Below are positions 22,191-25,493 of a stretch of DNA of 25,493 nucleotides, one piece after another. Source of the stretch: Octopus sinensis (Eukaryota). Location: the NCBI RefSeq assembly GCF_006345805.1, contig NW_021836040.1, positions 1-25,493 on the forward strand, in the 5' to 3' direction. The notes beneath the pieces are model-generated. The model saw nothing but the letters and a program-made list of their open reading frames with translations. It had not been told where the DNA came from and did no database searches. How positions within the stretch are numbered: position 1 is the first letter of the stretch; every line of letters begins with the position of its first letter. Made by a program: the position numbers and the translations under genes.

Positions 22191-22847
22191 ATAAGAAAAA
22201 ACAAAACAAAACAAAACAAAAAAAAAAAACAAAAACACCATCCGGAAACAGCATAAGAGATCGGATCATCCATTGCTCCAAGAATTGACCAGGAGGCAGG
22301 AACCATACCCCGCAGCTATAGCCGGCAGCTACCCCATCGTTCTGCAATAACGAGAGGAAGTTGGAAAATTATTAGGGGTTGTAGACTGCTGGAGACTGTA
22401 TGAAAAGTAATCCACCCTTAGAAAAACATAGCCCCAACAGTTGGCCAAACAGAAAGTGTTTGCAGAAGCCAGTTCCCGCCTATGTATAGGGCTAGATTCA
22501 CAACTTTTTTTTACCGGAGACGAACTAATGGAGGGCGTACAGCATTTACACAACTATTATGAGACAAATTCAACACAGACTGACGAGAAGGTGGTCTCCA
22601 GTAACATGGATCATGCAGCAGACATGATACTAATAAAAAATCTCCTTGCAGTTTGAACGAGTACAAAGCGGCTCTGTTGGAATTAATTTCTGTAGAACGT
22701 GTTATTATATTGGGTGTGAGTTATGTAAGTGTATACGTGTTATTTTATTGGGCAATGATTGTGCCGAGCATTTATTGTGTATTGTGGTGTTACATTATTG
22801 GGTGACGACGATAGAAATGTTTATTATTTGTAATAATTATACTAATC

Positions 22848-23060
22848 AGGCGGCAACCTGGCAGAATCGTTAGCGCGCCGGACAAAATACGTAACAGCAT
22901 TCTGCCGGTCTTTACGCTCGGAGTTCAAATTCCGCTGAAATCGACTTTACTCTTTATTATTCCTGTGTTGATAAAACAAGTGCCAGTTGAGCACTGCGGT
23001 CGATGTAAAGGACTAGCCCTTTACTAGCCCCCAAATTTCAGGTTTTGTGACTATAGAGGA
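22848..23060 (+). mobile_element. Old SINE A-related copy
   Basis: ggcggcaacctggcagaatcgttagcg...gagttcaaattccgc...gataaaacaagtgccag. Confidence 0.75.
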
Positions 23061-23091
23061 AAAGGTTGTTGGTAATATAAATGCGGTGGAT

Positions 23092-23327
23092 TATGGCGAC
23101 GAGCTAGCAGAAACGTTAGCACGCCGGGCGAAATGCGTAGCCGTATTTCGTCTGCCGTTACGTTCTGAGTTCAAATTCCGCCGAGGTCGACTTTGCCTTT
23201 TATCTTTTCGGGGTCGATTAAATAAGTACCAGTTACGCACTGGGGTCGATGTAATCGACTTAATCCGTTTGTCTGTCCTTGTTTGTCCCCTCTATGTTTA
23301 GCCTCCTGTGGGAATAAAGAAATATAT
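23092..23327 (+). mobile_element. Full-length SINE family A
   Basis: Matches 18263-18486. 17-bp TSD atataaatg(c/t)ggtggat at 23075-23091 and 23328-23344. Confidence 0.92.
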
Positions 23328-23336
23328 ATATAAATG

Positions 23337-23545
23337 TGGTGGATAGGCAAAAATCATTAGAGCGTCAGAAAAAAATGCCTATCAGTATTTCTTCCAGCTG
23401 TATAAGTTCTGAGTTCAAATCCAGCTCAAGCCAACTTTAGCTTTCGCCATTTCGGAATTACTAAAAAAGCGACAACAAAGTACCAGTTATGCTCTGGGTG
23501 CGAATAATCGTTTCTTCCATACGAATTTCTGGCCTTGTAATTACC
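23337..23545 (+). mobile_element. Old SINE A-related copy
   Basis: ggcaaaaatcattagagcgtc...gtatttc...ttctgagttcaaatcc...aagtaccagtt. Confidence 0.6.
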
Positions 23546-23806
23546 CAAGAAACGAAGCATGCTACGAATAACTAAACACGGGGTATTACCTGCGCTTCTG
23601 TTTTTTTCTTGCTCATTTCGATGTCAGAACTACTCAAGGGAACTTCTAGTCATCTAAACGTACGAAAATAGGGCTATCGAAAGGGGACGCAGAGACGGGT
23701 TCATCGGTTGGGCGTGTGGGTGAATGTGGTACGCAGCTTGATTCTTTAGAGGTACAGAAGCTTATGTAGTATGATAGACAAGGTAGAGGAAAGAAACATT
23801 ATATAT

Positions 23807-24207
23807 CTCTTTTCTCTTACTCTTTTACTGGTTTCAGTCATTTGACTGCGGCCATGCTGGAGCACCACCTTTAGTCGAGTAAATTGACCTCAGGACTTAT
23901 TCTTTGGAAGCCTGGTACTTATTCTATCGGTTTCTTTTGCCGGGCCGCTAAGTTACAGGGACGTAAACACACCAGCATCGGTTGTCAAGCGATGTTGGGG
24001 GGACAAAGACAAATATACAAACATACACACACGTACATATATACGACGGGCTTCTTTCAGTTTCCGTCTACCAAATCTACTCACAAGGCTTTGGTCGGCC
24101 CGAGGCTATAGTAGAAGGCACTTGCCCAAGGTGCCACGCAGTGGGACTGAACCCAGAACAATGTGGTTGGTAAGCAAGCTACTTGCCACACAGCCACTCC
24201 TGCGTCT
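23807..24207 (-). mobile_element. Full-length SINE family B
   Basis: Reverse-complement match to 14491-14902. Confidence 0.95.
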
Positions 24208-24228
24208 ATATATATATATAGTAAATAA

Positions 24229-24260
<32 letters not shown>

Positions 24261-24584
24261 TATTATATATTTGATATTTAACCCAACCCACGTTATTTCA
24301 GTTTCCTCTTCCTCTTATTTCTTGTGGAATATAATAAAGACGTGGTCAAAATTCAATCTGCACACTCACTTTATAAAGTGATTTTCTTTTTATAAGTGTG
24401 GAAAGATACATTATATATGTTGATGCAACGCCTGAAGAATGCAACGTTTAATATTTCTATCTTTTTCCAATTTCAATATAAGACATCGCTCAGAAGTCTT
24501 AGATTTTTCCCGTTTCATAATTTCATAAGCATACCTATCTCATGCGGCATCACAAGGGGACACACACACACCAAACGCACATAC

Positions 24585-25030
24585 ACAACCTAGAGACTTT
24601 AAAAGACTATTTGCAACACGTCACGTCATCAAAAAGAAAACGGTGTGCATATCAGCATAAGGTCATGCATGGTTATATTCTCAGAAAGTGCCAAAGGGAC
24701 AGCAACATTGATAACCAGAATATTCGGGATATTAGCTCTCCCTTTGAAAGACATGTTGTTCCAATACAGGAGCAAGAAATAACAGCAAAATATCTGTTGC
24801 ACGAGAAGGATAGGGATGTAGGCGGACCATTTCGAAATGACAGTTATAAGTAGGAGTTATGCACGAAAATATCATCAAAATAAAAGCTTCTTACGAGACA
24901 CGCATAGTGTGAAAGCCGTAGGTAGAATAATAGCTAGAAGGTATTATATAGTATCACTCATAATAGGAAAAGAATACCTGTAGAATATCCGTGTGATTTG
25001 AAACAGATCAGGTGTAATAATTTGCGGGCA
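24585..25030 (+). pseudogene. Decayed R4/Dong-like (RLE-type) LINE fragment, region upstream of the zinc knuckle
   Basis: KVMHGY..R.....NID....S.FE..V.PIQEQEITAKY resembles the K.LHG...EG...A.QDQ...T..Y motif. An RH remnant follows downstream; many stops. Confidence 0.6.
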
Positions 25031-25086
25031 AGGGTAAAATTTTAAGAGCAGTTGTGGAAATTATAAAATATAATAATAAATACGCC

Positions 25087-25150
25087 CTTTTAAAGCCTAG
25101 CCAGGCTCATGGGCCCGGTTTCCCGGTTTCAATAGCATATGTTCCCCAGC
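25087..25150 (-). mobile_element. 3' tail fragment of a SINE C-related element
   Basis: ggctcatgggcccggtttcccggtttc...gttccccagc parallels 6253-6301. Confidence 0.7.
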
Positions 25151-25423
25151 GATGAGAGACATAAGCTCTCATCGCTACGTCAAAATAACCCGTGGGGTCG
25201 GATTGCTTGACCCATGCCAAGCCTCTCTTGAACAGCACAGTCTTCCTGGCATACATGATAATTTCTACATCTCTGTCGTTAATGCTAGTGAAGCCCCTAG
25301 CGAAAGAAAGCCCCTTAATCAGTAGTCTTTTGATATAGACGGGTAAAAATCGACGATATCAAATTGGGTGAATCTTGCCCTGTCTCTACCTTTGTTGGCG
25401 TCGAACCATGTATCACTTCGCAC

Positions 25424-25492
<69 letters not shown>

Positions 25493-25493
25493 C
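25424..25493. repeat. (TATC)n microsatellite
   Basis: Directly visible. Confidence 0.97.

Noticed and set aside
22190-22347. N-terminal part of the 135-aa ORF as mariner transposase
   Set aside because: Homology ends near 22190; the rest is low-complexity flank.

Overview
This is an AT-rich eukaryotic non-coding window (intergenic or intronic) made almost entirely of microsatellites and transposon relics. The SINE families and microsatellite load resemble an Octopus (cephalopod) genome; that is inference from pattern recognition, not a search. No host protein-coding gene is supportable, and most ORFs in the track are translations of simple repeats or SINEs. Retroelements: three tRNA-derived SINE families (A, B, C), a 184-bp SINE-derived tandem array, a 5'-truncated RTE LINE with target-site duplication (TSD), a short RTE-derived element with a cUUCGg-capped structured 5' part, an R4/Dong-like LINE relic, and several Penelope-like (PLE) pieces carrying hammerhead-ribozyme-like (HHR) motifs. 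DNA transposons: fragments of Chapaev3-like, mariner and Tigger-like elements. Best leads: (1) four HHR-like motifs, two of them non-canonical minimal variants in short TA-flanked elements; (2) a PLE fold-back cassette flanked by a 113-bp direct duplication; (3) Chapaev3-like ends in direct orientation that, with a split host SINE, reveal a hidden ~1.8-kb inversion; (4) a double-hairpin repeat array.
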